Shown: piece by piece, positions 27,186 through 36,954 of the stretch | Position numbering within the stretch: the first letter of the stretch is position 1 | Layout: the number at the start of each line of letters is the position of its first letter | Virus record (IMG/VR): IMGVR_UViG_3300044833_000066 | Span: 1 to 60,246 of that record | Source: a virus | Taxonomy: Duplodnaviria > Caudoviricetes | Length of the DNA stretch: 60,246 bases | Strand: one strand, 5' to 3' | Program-made: the position numbers and the translations under genes | The notes under the pieces: generated by a model | Seen by the model: the letters and a program-made list of their open reading frames with translations, nothing else | Told to the model about the DNA's origin: nothing | The model's database searches: none

Positions 27186-28282
27186 GCCGGCGCTCCCGTT
27201 ATCGGCGCCTGCTTCGGCGCCTGATTGATAAATCCGGGTGTGGCCGTCGGCGGAACAAGCGTTGCGGGTGCCCCTGTTACCGGTGCGGAGGACGCCACCG
27301 CCTTCGGCATCGCGAGGTTCGTTGTCTGCTGGCTGGTTAGCGCCGCGGCCGCGTTGTTCGCCGCAGCCTGCGCGTTCAGCGCGGTGACCTGAGCTGGGGT
27401 CAGGGTGCTGGTCAGGCCTGAGAGCAGCGATCCCCCAGCCTGCAGGGCGCCGAACGCAACGACGGGATTCTTGCCAGCGTAGGCGACGAGCTTGTCGAGC
27501 ATGCCGGACACGCCGGAAGAACTATCCGGAAGGCTGATTTCATTGCCGGACGCGTCGAGGCCTTTGGTGATGACTTGGCCGGTGGTTGGATCGGTGGCGC
27601 CGAGATTAGCTGGTGCCTGCGGCGGTAATGGGGTGCCAGGCGTCGTATCAGCATTTAGGAGATCACCCGTCCCAGGTCCGCTTTGCCCTGGCAGCACCGG
27701 CGGCGATGCCGATCCGGCGCCCGTTGTTCCCGGCGCAACCGCGTCGGCTACGTTGGTGGTGGGCGTGGTCGATGTGCTGGCCAACGATAGCTGATCGTTC
27801 AGGTTGGCCGTGTCCTGGGCGGCCATCTCGGTTCCCGCTGGCGCCGCCCCAGGGGTGCCAGCCAAAGCAGCGCCGGGATCGGCGGACGTCCCGGTGACGG
27901 AGCCAAGCCCGTTCGACAAGGACCCAACGACATCCGGCGCTGCGGCACTGCTCGCCGCATCCCCGCCGGCCGACGCCGCAACATCCCAGGTTCCGGACTC
28001 GACACCCCCGGACGCTGCGGCAGACCCTGCGTCGGAGACGGCGAGCGTATCGGATGCACCGGACGCGGCGGTATCGCTCAGCACCGCCGCGCCGCCAATC
28101 GCGCTGGACGCGAGCGCGCCTATGCCACCGACCGCGCCCAACACCATGCCGACGGTCGACAGCGTCTTGTTCTTCGTGATCGTGCCGACAACGCTCATCA
28201 CCGCGCCCACTACGGCGACCGTCTCCAGGACGGTCGTCACGCTGATAGCGGTGGCGACACCGACGGCGACCATGAGACCCAT
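27182..28282 (-). CDS. putative ejection protein with hydrophobic N-terminus
   Basis: Two N-terminal hydrophobic segments; Ala/Gly/Ser-rich; follows GNAT-like gene. Confidence 0.65.
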   Translation of the reverse strand: MGLMVAVGVATAISVTTVLETVAVVGAVMSVVGTITKNKTLSTVGMVLGAVGGIGALASSAIGGAAVLSDTAASGASDTLAVSDAGSAAASGGVESGTWDVAASAGGDAASSAAAPDVVGSLSNGLGSVTGTSADPGAALAGTPGAAPAGTEMAAQDTANLNDQLSLASTSTTPTTNVADAVAPGTTGAGSASPPVLPGQSGPGTGDLLNADTTPGTPLPPQAPANLGATDPTTGQVITKGLDASGNEISLPDSSSGVSGMLDKLVAYAGKNPVVAFGALQAGGSLLSGLTSTLTPAQVTALNAQAAANNAAAALTSQQTTNLAMPKAVASSAPVTGAPATLVPPTATPGFINQAPKQAPITGAPA

Positions 28283-29415
28283 TAGTGTGCCTTCGCTAAA
28301 TCGAGGTGGTACAACTGCCCTGCCTCCTCGAAACCAAGCCGCCGATAGGCAATGCCAAGGCGCGGTCCGGAACCGAGCGTGCCGGCGCGGCCAACAACCT
28401 CCGTCACGCCCTTGCGTCGTAACGCTTCGATTGACGCCCGCTGCAGTTTCATTCCGAGACCAGGGCAGTCCGGCGATGCAAAAACCGGCATATGCTGCGC
28501 CATAAGCGCGTTCGGATCATCCAGCGTCGGGCTGATGACGGCCATGAGATAGCCAAACATGCGGCCGTTTGAGCGCGCCGTAATGATCTGCATTGCCCCA
28601 GCGTCATCCAGCCGGCGCCCGAGCGGGATGTTCTTACGAGCCCAATCATCGATGTCCTGCCCGGTCTGCGCCATGTGCTCGCGAAACAGCGGCACGGCGT
28701 CGCGATACCAGTGGTCGAACGGCTCATCCTGGAAGGTGAATCCCTCCGGCGGTTGTGTGATCGGCGCCATGTCGGCAAGGATCCGGTGCTTGGCCGCGCG
28801 CGCCAGCTTCTGCAACTGCGGCAGGAATGCCTGGGCATAGCGGATCTGCGCGGTGAGATTGCCCGACACCTGTTGGACGTTCCACGATGCCCACCAATCC
28901 CGATCATGCGGATAGGGAAGGCAGTGCTCGAATACCTGAGCGCAGGTGCTTTCGTGCGCGAGGTCGTCGAACCGCACCGACAGCACGTCGGGGATACGCG
29001 CCTCGACCTGGTCCAGTTTGCGATCCGCGGCCCGAAGCAGCCTCGCGATGGTGACAGGTTCGCAGTTAGGCGTTTCGGCACGTTGTCGTGCCGACAACGA
29101 AACGCCGAAGTCCGGAACGGCGCGGGTCACGCTGGCGAGCACGTCGGCGACGCTGCGCCGCACGGTCACAATGCGAATGCCCGGCTGGTAGCGTCGGAGC
29201 AGCCGCCAGAACGGCGCCGCCGCCGTCTCGACCGTGCCGACGTTCGGCTGAGTGAACCACGTCTGCACATCGTCCAAGGACCGCATGTGCTGCAGCTCGT
29301 CGTGGCCACAGTGCCAGTCGCCATACGACAGGAACCTCGACAACCAATAGGTGCGGCTGCGTGGCAGTGCCAGAACGATAAAAGGCGGCATCTCGATCAC
29401 AGCGGTGGCGTTCAT
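28282..29415 (-). CDS. sulfotransferase-like P-loop domain fused to GNAT-like domain
   Basis: FIVLALPRSRTYWLS and LSVRFDDL N-terminal; PGLGMKL...YRRLGF C-terminal. Confidence 0.65.
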   Translation of the reverse strand: MNATAVIEMPPFIVLALPRSRTYWLSRFLSYGDWHCGHDELQHMRSLDDVQTWFTQPNVGTVETAAAPFWRLLRRYQPGIRIVTVRRSVADVLASVTRAVPDFGVSLSARQRAETPNCEPVTIARLLRAADRKLDQVEARIPDVLSVRFDDLAHESTCAQVFEHCLPYPHDRDWWASWNVQQVSGNLTAQIRYAQAFLPQLQKLARAAKHRILADMAPITQPPEGFTFQDEPFDHWYRDAVPLFREHMAQTGQDIDDWARKNIPLGRRLDDAGAMQIITARSNGRMFGYLMAVISPTLDDPNALMAQHMPVFASPDCPGLGMKLQRASIEALRRKGVTEVVGRAGTLGSGPRLGIAYRRLGFEEAGQLYHLDLAKAH

Positions 29416-30897
29416 TTAGGCTGCGGTGAAGAAGGTCTGACCGGAAGCCGGAGGTGCCGCTGCCGGGGGTGTCGCCGCCGGGGAGGCAGCGCCCCCGGCG
29501 GCGCCCGGACTTCCAAACACCAGCGTCGAACTGGCCTGCTGGTTCGCCGCGATGCTGTTGAGCGCGGCGAGACCGTCCTGCAGCTGCTTGACGCCGTTGT
29601 TTAGCGCCGTGGTCTGCTGGTCGGTCGACAGGTTCGGGTTGGTCATGATCGTGGACAGGTTCGTCAGCGCCTGGTTGTAAAGCGTACTTGCCGATGCCGA
29701 TGTCTGCAGCAAAGTCTTGTTGTTATTGGTCAGGTTGGTGATCTGCGTGTTGATCACCCCGTTGGCCTGGATGTTCGCCAGCGATGATGCGTTCTGCAGG
29801 TTCTGCACCGTGATCGCGTTGGCGTTGTTCATTGACGCGATGACCTGCGCCGATTGGGTCTGCTGCTGCTCGACAGTCAGGCTCGTGTTCGCCTGGATGC
29901 CGGCGATCACCTGGGCTGAGGTGTTGTTGACCGCAGCGAGGGCCGCCGTCGCCTGTGCCGCCCGGTCCTGGACCGACAACTGGGTATTGGCGCTCAATTG
30001 CCCCAGGTAGGTTTGCAGCCCGGTCTGCTGGGTCTGCACCGCCAAGGTCGTCGCGTCCTGCTTGTCCTGATTGGACAGGCTGGTGTTGGCCTGGATGTTG
30101 GCGATGACCGTCGATGTGGCCGACGCCTTGTCCTGCACCGACAGCGCGGTGTTGGCCTGGAGCTGGGCAATCGCCTGCGACGATGCGTTGTTGACCGTGG
30201 CAAGGTCTTTCGCCCCGGCGATGGACTGCGCGGCCTGCTCTGCGGTGTTGCCCGCGGCGGCGTTGAACTGGCTGGTCTGGGTGCCAAGCTGGGCATTTTG
30301 CAGGCTCGCCGTGTTGGTGGCCGCCGCCTCCGCCGCCAATGCGGTATTCTGCGCCGTGGTCGTGTTCGTCGCCGCGGTGTTGTAGGTCGCCGCGTCGGCG
30401 GTAGCGATTGGCGTCGCCGCACTGTAAAGCGCCGACTGATCGGCCGTGATGCCCTGGCTGGAGTTGATAAGACCCCGCTGGTTCATCAGGTTGTTCGCGT
30501 TCGCCGTGGCCTGCTGCATCAGCGGCGAGCCGTTGGCGATGATATTGGAGATCTGCCCGGACACCGTCTGATTCGGGGAAACCGTAAAGCTATTCGGCGT
30601 AGACCCGGTGGCGGTCGCATTCGACGCGGTCGCGGTTTGCGGCGTGTAGGGCGTGACCGAGGCCCCGCCGACGGTTTGCCCGGTGGTGGCAGCGGTCGTC
30701 GGCGACCCTTGGTTGTTATTCAGGGTTCCGTTCGCCTGCGCGGCAGCGATGGCGGCAGTCCGACCTGACTGCGATGGATCGAAGTTAGGACCATACGCGG
30801 CCGTGTTGTTGATCAACCCGGTGGGCGCGCCGGCGCCAGCCCCGACGGGCGGCGGGATGGTTGGCGCGTTGACGCCAGGGGTAACGCTACCGGACAT
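29416..30897 (-). CDS. internal virion protein, Ala/Asn/Gln/Thr-rich
   Basis: MNQRGLINSS motif; repeats IQANTxLSVQD. Confidence 0.65.
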   Translation of the reverse strand: MSGSVTPGVNAPTIPPPVGAGAGAPTGLINNTAAYGPNFDPSQSGRTAAIAAAQANGTLNNNQGSPTTAATTGQTVGGASVTPYTPQTATASNATATGSTPNSFTVSPNQTVSGQISNIIANGSPLMQQATANANNLMNQRGLINSSQGITADQSALYSAATPIATADAATYNTAATNTTTAQNTALAAEAAATNTASLQNAQLGTQTSQFNAAAGNTAEQAAQSIAGAKDLATVNNASSQAIAQLQANTALSVQDKASATSTVIANIQANTSLSNQDKQDATTLAVQTQQTGLQTYLGQLSANTQLSVQDRAAQATAALAAVNNTSAQVIAGIQANTSLTVEQQQTQSAQVIASMNNANAITVQNLQNASSLANIQANGVINTQITNLTNNNKTLLQTSASASTLYNQALTNLSTIMTNPNLSTDQQTTALNNGVKQLQDGLAALNSIAANQQASSTLVFGSPGAAGGAASPAATPPAAAPPASGQTFFTAA

Positions 30898-30927
30898 CGA
30901 AGCCCCCCTGCGGGATAGAGCGGTCCA

Positions 30928-31389
30928 TTACCGGATGTCTTTCGACAGCAGCAGCCCACGCCACGTCGCGCCGGCGTCGATGGTGTAGAACCCGAGCAGA
31001 TCCACACCGCTGGCCGTCAAAGCCGGCGCAGCCGCGCCGGCCCACTTGACGCCCGGCCACCAGGTGATCCCGAACGCCCCACCGTTGGTCAGTTCCAAAA
31101 TGAACGCCGCCGAGACCCCCGCCAACGGTACGTTCGACACCGTAAAGGTCGAGATCGCGGCCATGGTTTTGGTGAAGATGGTTGCTGCGTTGCAATCTAT
31201 ATTGAGCGCCGGCATGGCGATGGCGGTTTCGTGCAAGCCGGTGATCGTGGGGTTATCCGACCTCACCAACGTGCTGTTGGCGCCGTCAAATCCCGCGCCG
31301 ATGGCGGCGAACTCGCTTCGCACCAGCGACGACAGGCCCTCGGCGCCGCTCGCGGGATTGCCGGTCGGGTTATAGTACGGGTTGGTCAT
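30928..31389 (-). CDS. short tail-fibre/adaptor protein
   Basis: MTNPYYN...VRSEFAAIGAGFD tail-anchor N-terminus; C-terminal domain paralogous to 39156 ORF. Confidence 0.7.
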   Translation of the reverse strand: MTNPYYNPTGNPASGAEGLSSLVRSEFAAIGAGFDGANSTLVRSDNPTITGLHETAIAMPALNIDCNAATIFTKTMAAISTFTVSNVPLAGVSAAFILELTNGGAFGITWWPGVKWAGAAAPALTASGVDLLGFYTIDAGATWRGLLLSKDIR

Positions 31390-33638
31390 ACCCGCATCCC
31401 CCGCCGCATCGAATAGTGATGGATTATGGAGTTCACAGTATAGGCCCCAATGTAATTGGTTCCGGATGTAATGGTGACCCGGACGTTCTCTGCCGTGCCG
31501 GTTTCGTCAATGTCGGTTGGCGTCAGGCCCGAGCCATCCCAGACGAAGGCGTCCCAGACGAATTGATCCCAGTGCGGGATGGCGCCGAGGTTGAGCACGG
31601 CCGTCACCGCCGGTAGCTGTGCGATCTGGTCGCTGTTGTAGCCAAGCTGATAGCCGTATTGAATCTCGGCGTAGCTATCGCCTTGCACCTCGATCGACGC
31701 CGCGCGAAACCGCTTTAGGATGCGCGGCGACTTGATGGGATCCCATGCCGTGACGAAGTAGGCGGGGACGACGGCGCCATCGAAACTCGTGCCTATGTCA
31801 AGCTGATAGACGTACCCGCCCTCGCCGCCGGCATAGGTCGCTTCGGTGTCGGTGATCAGTTTAGTGGTATCGACGCAGGAAAATATGTCGGGAAACAGCA
31901 TTGTCCCCGAGCCGAGATATTGCTGGTTGAGGACCGTGACATACAGCGCATATCCATCGGCGAAGAATAGCCGATATTGGCTTTTCGATCGGTTGACCGC
32001 CGACGTCACCAGATTGCCGCGCTCGCGCGCGATGAACGGCAGGATGTTTTTGGTCAAAGTCGAGGGTAGGAAGTTGCCCCAGTTCAGCGTGGTCTTCAGG
32101 GTGACCACGCCGAGGTCATCGAGGAAGAACGTATCGAACAGGTTCTGGGTTGAGTACGGCACCGCGCCGATGCCGGAATTGAAGGTTACGAGATTAAACG
32201 TGGTCGGATCAGTGCCGTACAGGAACGCCGCATTACTGGCCAGGTACACGCCAAGCGTCGCCGTGGTCTGGGAGCCCGGCAAGGTGATCATGCCGGTAAC
32301 GGTATCGCCGGTGGCGATCTCGCCGCCACCATCGATGGCGTCCCACTTGAACGGATTGGCCGCGCCGCAAAAGATCAGCGACGACGCCTGGGCGAGAAAC
32401 AGGAAATTCTTGTGGAACCGGATATGGATCGGCGCGTTCGGCGACAGCCCGGTGGCGATCGGCGCCAGAGTCACGCCATCGAATTCAAACGGCGGATTGA
32501 CCCCATCGCAGCCGTAGATCCGTTTCGTGGTCAGTTGGCCGGAGAAGTTGCATTTCTCGAATTCAAACCGACCGCCCGCCGCCAGCGTGATCGGCGTCTG
32601 CACCCCCACCAGCGTCAGCGTCGCGCCGCTGGTGGTGTGCGCCGCACCGGCAGCGAAATTGCCGCCTGCCGGTGCGGCAACGACGAACTGGCCGATAGCC
32701 GATCCCGACAAGGCCGACCAGCCACCTGACTGCCACATCACCCGCATGATGGTGGCTGTCACGCCGCCCTGGATCAGCGTTTCGCCATCGAACGGCTCGA
32801 CGGTGCCCCCGCCGGTGAAGCTAACCAGGTCGAAGTACGGCACCAGCACCCATCCTGCCGCGCTGGCCCGGTAGAGCAACGCCGCGGTGCCGGCGAGATT
32901 GGCGCGGAAAGCATAGAGTTGGTCGACGCCTGCAAACGCCATGGCAACAACGCCCAGCACCGGACCGCTGCCAGGAACCGCCAGGATCAGCGCCCGGTAA
33001 ACATCAGCCGCGGCGGCGGTATAGATCGCCTTGGTTTTTGCATCGATCGAGACCGACAGCGGGGTAGCAAAGCCAATCGCGATCGGGCCTGGTATCGTCA
33101 ACGGACTGGATTGATCGAAAACGCCGGTGACCTGGGTCACCACGAGATACGGCACCGGCGCGGTCACCACGGCAATGATGGTGCCCCGCGCACCAGCCAG
33201 CGCGCTGGTAAAGTCAGAGTTAAAATCCGTGTTGAAATCGGCCGTGCCAAGAAAGCCGACGGCGACCTGGGTGACGATCTGGCCGATGGCGGGGACGGTC
33301 GAAAACGGCGTCCCGGTAATATCGGTGCCGAAGTCTTTTTCGACGAACTCATCGGTGAAATCGCTTGAAAAGCCACGCACCTGGACGATGCTATAGACCG
33401 CGGCGGACGGCGATGCGCGGCCGTCAATCCGCTCATATCCCTCAACCCGAGAATAGCCGCCGAACTGTGCCACCTCGAAGTTGAGCGCATCGCGCAGTGC
33501 CCCGGGTTGCAGCCGCAGCGAGGGCGTCGTGAGATCGAGGCCGCCGGGAAAGGCGACGCCTTGCGCGTTCGTCCCGCCACCGAGCTGGGTCTGTGTGTAC
33601 TTGACGGCGGGCCACGACTGCTTGGAAACAGCGTTCAT
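31386..33638 (-). CDS. tail nozzle / tail tubular protein B-like
   Basis: GGLDLTTP...PG...ALNFE...GGYSRVEGYER N-terminus, 750 aa, synteny. Confidence 0.75.
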   Translation of the reverse strand: MNAVSKQSWPAVKYTQTQLGGGTNAQGVAFPGGLDLTTPSLRLQPGALRDALNFEVAQFGGYSRVEGYERIDGRASPSAAVYSIVQVRGFSSDFTDEFVEKDFGTDITGTPFSTVPAIGQIVTQVAVGFLGTADFNTDFNSDFTSALAGARGTIIAVVTAPVPYLVVTQVTGVFDQSSPLTIPGPIAIGFATPLSVSIDAKTKAIYTAAAADVYRALILAVPGSGPVLGVVAMAFAGVDQLYAFRANLAGTAALLYRASAAGWVLVPYFDLVSFTGGGTVEPFDGETLIQGGVTATIMRVMWQSGGWSALSGSAIGQFVVAAPAGGNFAAGAAHTTSGATLTLVGVQTPITLAAGGRFEFEKCNFSGQLTTKRIYGCDGVNPPFEFDGVTLAPIATGLSPNAPIHIRFHKNFLFLAQASSLIFCGAANPFKWDAIDGGGEIATGDTVTGMITLPGSQTTATLGVYLASNAAFLYGTDPTTFNLVTFNSGIGAVPYSTQNLFDTFFLDDLGVVTLKTTLNWGNFLPSTLTKNILPFIARERGNLVTSAVNRSKSQYRLFFADGYALYVTVLNQQYLGSGTMLFPDIFSCVDTTKLITDTEATYAGGEGGYVYQLDIGTSFDGAVVPAYFVTAWDPIKSPRILKRFRAASIEVQGDSYAEIQYGYQLGYNSDQIAQLPAVTAVLNLGAIPHWDQFVWDAFVWDGSGLTPTDIDETGTAENVRVTITSGTNYIGAYTVNSIIHHYSMRRGMRV

Positions 33639-33644
33639 CGTCCC

Positions 33645-35051
33645 TCACGCGCCAAAAAAGAAGTTACCAGACCCGGACAACTTTGCGAAAGCACCCGACG
33701 TAACCGCGCTGTCGGCCATACTCGCAACGAATGCGGCGACGGAAGAAGAAGCGTCAGATGTGACGGCTGCATCGCTCAGGCCGCCGGTATAGGCGCCGGG
33801 CACCGATCCGGTGAAGCTGCCGGCTGTCGCCGCGGTATCAGCAATCGACGCAGTGAACGCCGCCAGGGCAGAGAATACGTCCGCCGACGACGCCGTGTCG
33901 CTCAGGCTGCCGGTGTAGGCGCCAGCCGCCAGGCCGGTGAAGCTGTCCGATGTCGCGGCGGTATCGGTAACCGATCCAGTGAACGCAGATGTCGCACTGA
34001 AGTTGTCGCTGGAAGCCGCGGTGTCGCCGAACGTGCCTGCCGACGTCATGTTGCTGCCGCTGGGCAGGCCGGTGATGCTATCCGAAGATGCGACGGTATC
34101 AGTAACCGACCCGGTGAACGCTGCAGTCTCGGTGAAGCTGTCAGATGTCGCGGCGGTATCGGCAACGCTGGCGGCCGACGCCATAACTCCGGATTGGCTG
34201 GTGCTGGAAGCCGCGCTGTCGCTGATGCTGCCGGTAAATGCGCCGGTGGCCGCCGGCACGCTGTAAGTGCGCCGCACGATCGGGCGCAGCATCGCGAACG
34301 GTGCTGCGGAAAGCTGGGCAACCTGCCCCGCCGAGAGGGTGGATTTGAAGATCGCGACCTGAAGGATCGAGCCGGTCCAGTTCGAGCCGGTCCCCGGATC
34401 GGCGACGTCGTAGCCAATCGAGCAGACAGTGCTTGCGTCTGTAAACGCATTGCCGCCGCTCCATGCGGTGCTTAGCGTGAGTGCGCCGTTTTGGTATTGC
34501 CGAACATTGGCGTTGTCATAGGTGGCGATCAGCGTGCGGATTGTGCCGTCGTTTATCGTTATACCGTCGCCGGTATCTATCAGGGTGCCACCGTCACTCC
34601 GCATGATGGCGCTGAATGCCACGCCATGGCCGTCCTGTTGGCCGATCTTTACAATATCGTTCCCACTGGCGGCCCGTTCGCAATAGATCGTGTTACCGTC
34701 CTGGTTTCCTCCGGTCGTCGTCTGGATTGTCGCAACGATCGTCCAGGCAGTGAGGCCGCCCAGGATATGGCCGCCAGCGACCGTCCACCCGAACAGGCCA
34801 GCGGGTGACCCAGGCCAGGACCCGGCAGGGCCTCGCGGGGTCATCGTCGGCACAGGGACGCCGCCAGAGCCGGCCACCGCTCCGCCATAGCGGCCGGTCA
34901 GATCGACCGGCGCCCCGCCGTTAAGCAGCCAATATCCCGCGAGACTGCTCGATGCCGCGTTTCCGCTATCGATCTCAACCGGCCAGGTCGGAACAGCGGT
35001 CGGCGACCACTGGCGCGGGAACGCGAGCGACGAGCGGCGAAGGATTGCCAC
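33645..35051 (-). CDS. LamG/ConA-like receptor-binding protein with Ser/Thr/Ala repeat stalk
   Basis: LAGYWLLN, INDG..TLIATYD....YQNG, WTGSILQVAIF; FTGSxxDTAAxSDxF repeats. Confidence 0.7.
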   Translation of the reverse strand: MAILRRSSLAFPRQWSPTAVPTWPVEIDSGNAASSSLAGYWLLNGGAPVDLTGRYGGAVAGSGGVPVPTMTPRGPAGSWPGSPAGLFGWTVAGGHILGGLTAWTIVATIQTTTGGNQDGNTIYCERAASGNDIVKIGQQDGHGVAFSAIMRSDGGTLIDTGDGITINDGTIRTLIATYDNANVRQYQNGALTLSTAWSGGNAFTDASTVCSIGYDVADPGTGSNWTGSILQVAIFKSTLSAGQVAQLSAAPFAMLRPIVRRTYSVPAATGAFTGSISDSAASSTSQSGVMASAASVADTAATSDSFTETAAFTGSVTDTVASSDSITGLPSGSNMTSAGTFGDTAASSDNFSATSAFTGSVTDTAATSDSFTGLAAGAYTGSLSDTASSADVFSALAAFTASIADTAATAGSFTGSVPGAYTGGLSDAAVTSDASSSVAAFVASMADSAVTSGAFAKLSGSGNFFFGA

Positions 35052-35057
35052 CTCAGA

Positions 35058-35534
35058 TCACCAATTTGCGACGCACTTTCTTTGCAGCTGGCACGTGCTG
35101 GTATTGGTCGCCGGCAGCGTCACGCCCAGGTTGTTCTGGATCATGATCTTGAACGAATACGGCGGGATCGGCAGATTCAGCACGGAAATCGTGCTGGTGC
35201 TCGTGCTTGCGACGCCCTGATATGTGCCAACCAGATAGTTCGTTGGTGCGGCGCCAGCAGTGGCCCCTGGCGGCGTAGGGTAGTTCGTCGCGTCCACCAA
35301 CGGCAGCAAGTAGATGCTTACGAATGGCGACCCGCTGCCTGTCGTTACCGCGCTCGAAAGCGTCATCGTGAAATCAGCCAAATCGTAACTGATCGTCGTG
35401 CCGTCGGTCGGCGTGTTGTTGATCGCCGCGCCGATCGCATAGGACGTATTTGTCAACCCATTGAGCGACGTGCCGGCGATTGCCGTGTCGAGCGCAAGGC
35501 CGTTGGTGGACTGCGAGAAATGCGTCGTGGTCAT
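35058..35534 (-). CDS. virion structural protein (tail-associated)
   Basis: Thr-rich beta protein in tail cluster. Confidence 0.6.
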   Translation of the reverse strand: MTTTHFSQSTNGLALDTAIAGTSLNGLTNTSYAIGAAINNTPTDGTTISYDLADFTMTLSSAVTTGSGSPFVSIYLLPLVDATNYPTPPGATAGAAPTNYLVGTYQGVASTSTSTISVLNLPIPPYSFKIMIQNNLGVTLPATNTSTCQLQRKCVANW

Positions 35535-35944
35535 GTCAGATTCCCAGCCATGATCAGATCATTCGGCCCGATTGGCGCAGTGTAACCGTTCGCCTGCCAC
35601 CATAGCTGGACCGCACCCTGCGCCAGCGCCGTCAGCGCCGTTATCGTCGGCCCGGCGAGTTTGCCGGCGTAGATCGCCACGAACCAAGCCCCGAGCGTGG
35701 ACGCCGAGCCGCCGATCAGCGTGCCGGGAATGGCACAGACCTGCATCAACTGCGTCTGCTGCACCGCCGTCAGCGTCAGGAACTCGGTGTAATTGATGCA
35801 CGAGAAGATCGCCGCGCCGGTGGTGTTGAACAGCGTCGGCACCGAGCCGGTGACCGTCATGGCGTTGATTTGTGCCAGCTTCTGCACCGTGGTCCCGGCG
35901 GTCAGCAACGGCCATTCGTTGATCAGCGCCGTGTAGTACGCCAT
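35531..35944 (-). CDS. hypothetical tail-cluster protein
   Basis: Coupled ORF. Confidence 0.6.
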   Translation of the reverse strand: MAYYTALINEWPLLTAGTTVQKLAQINAMTVTGSVPTLFNTTGAAIFSCINYTEFLTLTAVQQTQLMQVCAIPGTLIGGSASTLGAWFVAIYAGKLAGPTITALTALAQGAVQLWWQANGYTAPIGPNDLIMAGNLT

Positions 35945-35945
35945 C

Positions 35946-36524
35946 TCAGGTCAGCGTCGTGCTGTAGGACATCGCCAGCGTGTTGGTGGAAACCACCGGC
36001 TGCGGCGTGCCCAGCACCCCGCCCGCATACAGCGTGCCGGATGTATTGAGGTTGGTGACGACGGCGCCGCTCCCGGTCACCAGGAACGCCCCCTGCACGG
36101 TGCCGGTGCCGGTCATGGTGAAGGTGAGCGCCGCCGACAGCGCCTTGACCCCAGCCGATGCGGCCGACCACGCGCAGACGATCCGCGCGGAATAGGTCGG
36201 GGCGTTGGTGGTGCCGGCCTCTAACCACCCGGCGTGCGAGGCCATCGTATCGGCCGCCACGACCGCCGAGAATGAGGTCGAGCTGATCAGCCCCATATAC
36301 GGCCCCACGACCGTATAGGCCGACCCCGCCAGCGTGGTATCGAGCAAGAGGTTCTTGCCGAGCGTGGTCAGCAAGTTGGGGAATTCGTCTTCCCACAGCA
36401 CGTTACCATCGGCATCGCGGCAGACCGCGGTAAAGCGGCCGATCGCGCGCACCACATCGCCTTGCGCGGCGCCGGCTGCCATCTGCCCGATGAGCCGGTC
36501 AGCGGTCGAATGTCCGTCTCGCAT
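35946..36524 (-). CDS. tail-associated structural protein
   Basis: WEDEFPNLLTTLGKN, ADTMASHAGWLE motifs seen in phage tail proteins. Confidence 0.65.
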   Translation of the reverse strand: MRDGHSTADRLIGQMAAGAAQGDVVRAIGRFTAVCRDADGNVLWEDEFPNLLTTLGKNLLLDTTLAGSAYTVVGPYMGLISSTSFSAVVAADTMASHAGWLEAGTTNAPTYSARIVCAWSAASAGVKALSAALTFTMTGTGTVQGAFLVTGSGAVVTNLNTSGTLYAGGVLGTPQPVVSTNTLAMSYSTTLT

Positions 36525-36528
36525 TGCG

Positions 36529-36954
36529 TTAAACTCCAAATCCGTGACTGACCGCGGCCAGCATCCAAGTGGTGCCGCCGGAGTTGATGAATTGCAGCAG
36601 ATCCCGCGCATTCGCAGCGGTCGACGCGGTGTAACTCGGCAGATCGGTGCCGAACACGATGCCGGTGCCCAGCGTAACGATGCGCGATCCGGTGGCGTCC
36701 TGCTTGATCTCAACGCGCAACATCTGCCCGGCGTATCCGGTGCCGATCGTCAGCGTGGTATTGGCGGACATGGCAACGACGACCGAGTTTGCAGCGGCCG
36801 GCGCGATGGCCGTGGTTCCGGTGGTCGCCGCGACCGTCAGTTGGGCCGAGAGCGCGGCCAGAGCGGCGTTCACCGCAGCATTGATCGCCGACGGGGTAAG
36901 CTCCGGGGCGCCAGGGACGGTCGACGGCCCGAACAGGTTGATGACCGGGATCAT
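36529..36954 (-). CDS. tail-fibre adaptor-like protein
   Basis: LRVEIKQDATGSRIVT...STAANARDLLQF domain related to fibre C-termini. Confidence 0.6.
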   Translation of the reverse strand: MIPVINLFGPSTVPGAPELTPSAINAAVNAALAALSAQLTVAATTGTTAIAPAAANSVVVAMSANTTLTIGTGYAGQMLRVEIKQDATGSRIVTLGTGIVFGTDLPSYTASTAANARDLLQFINSGGTTWMLAAVSHGFGV

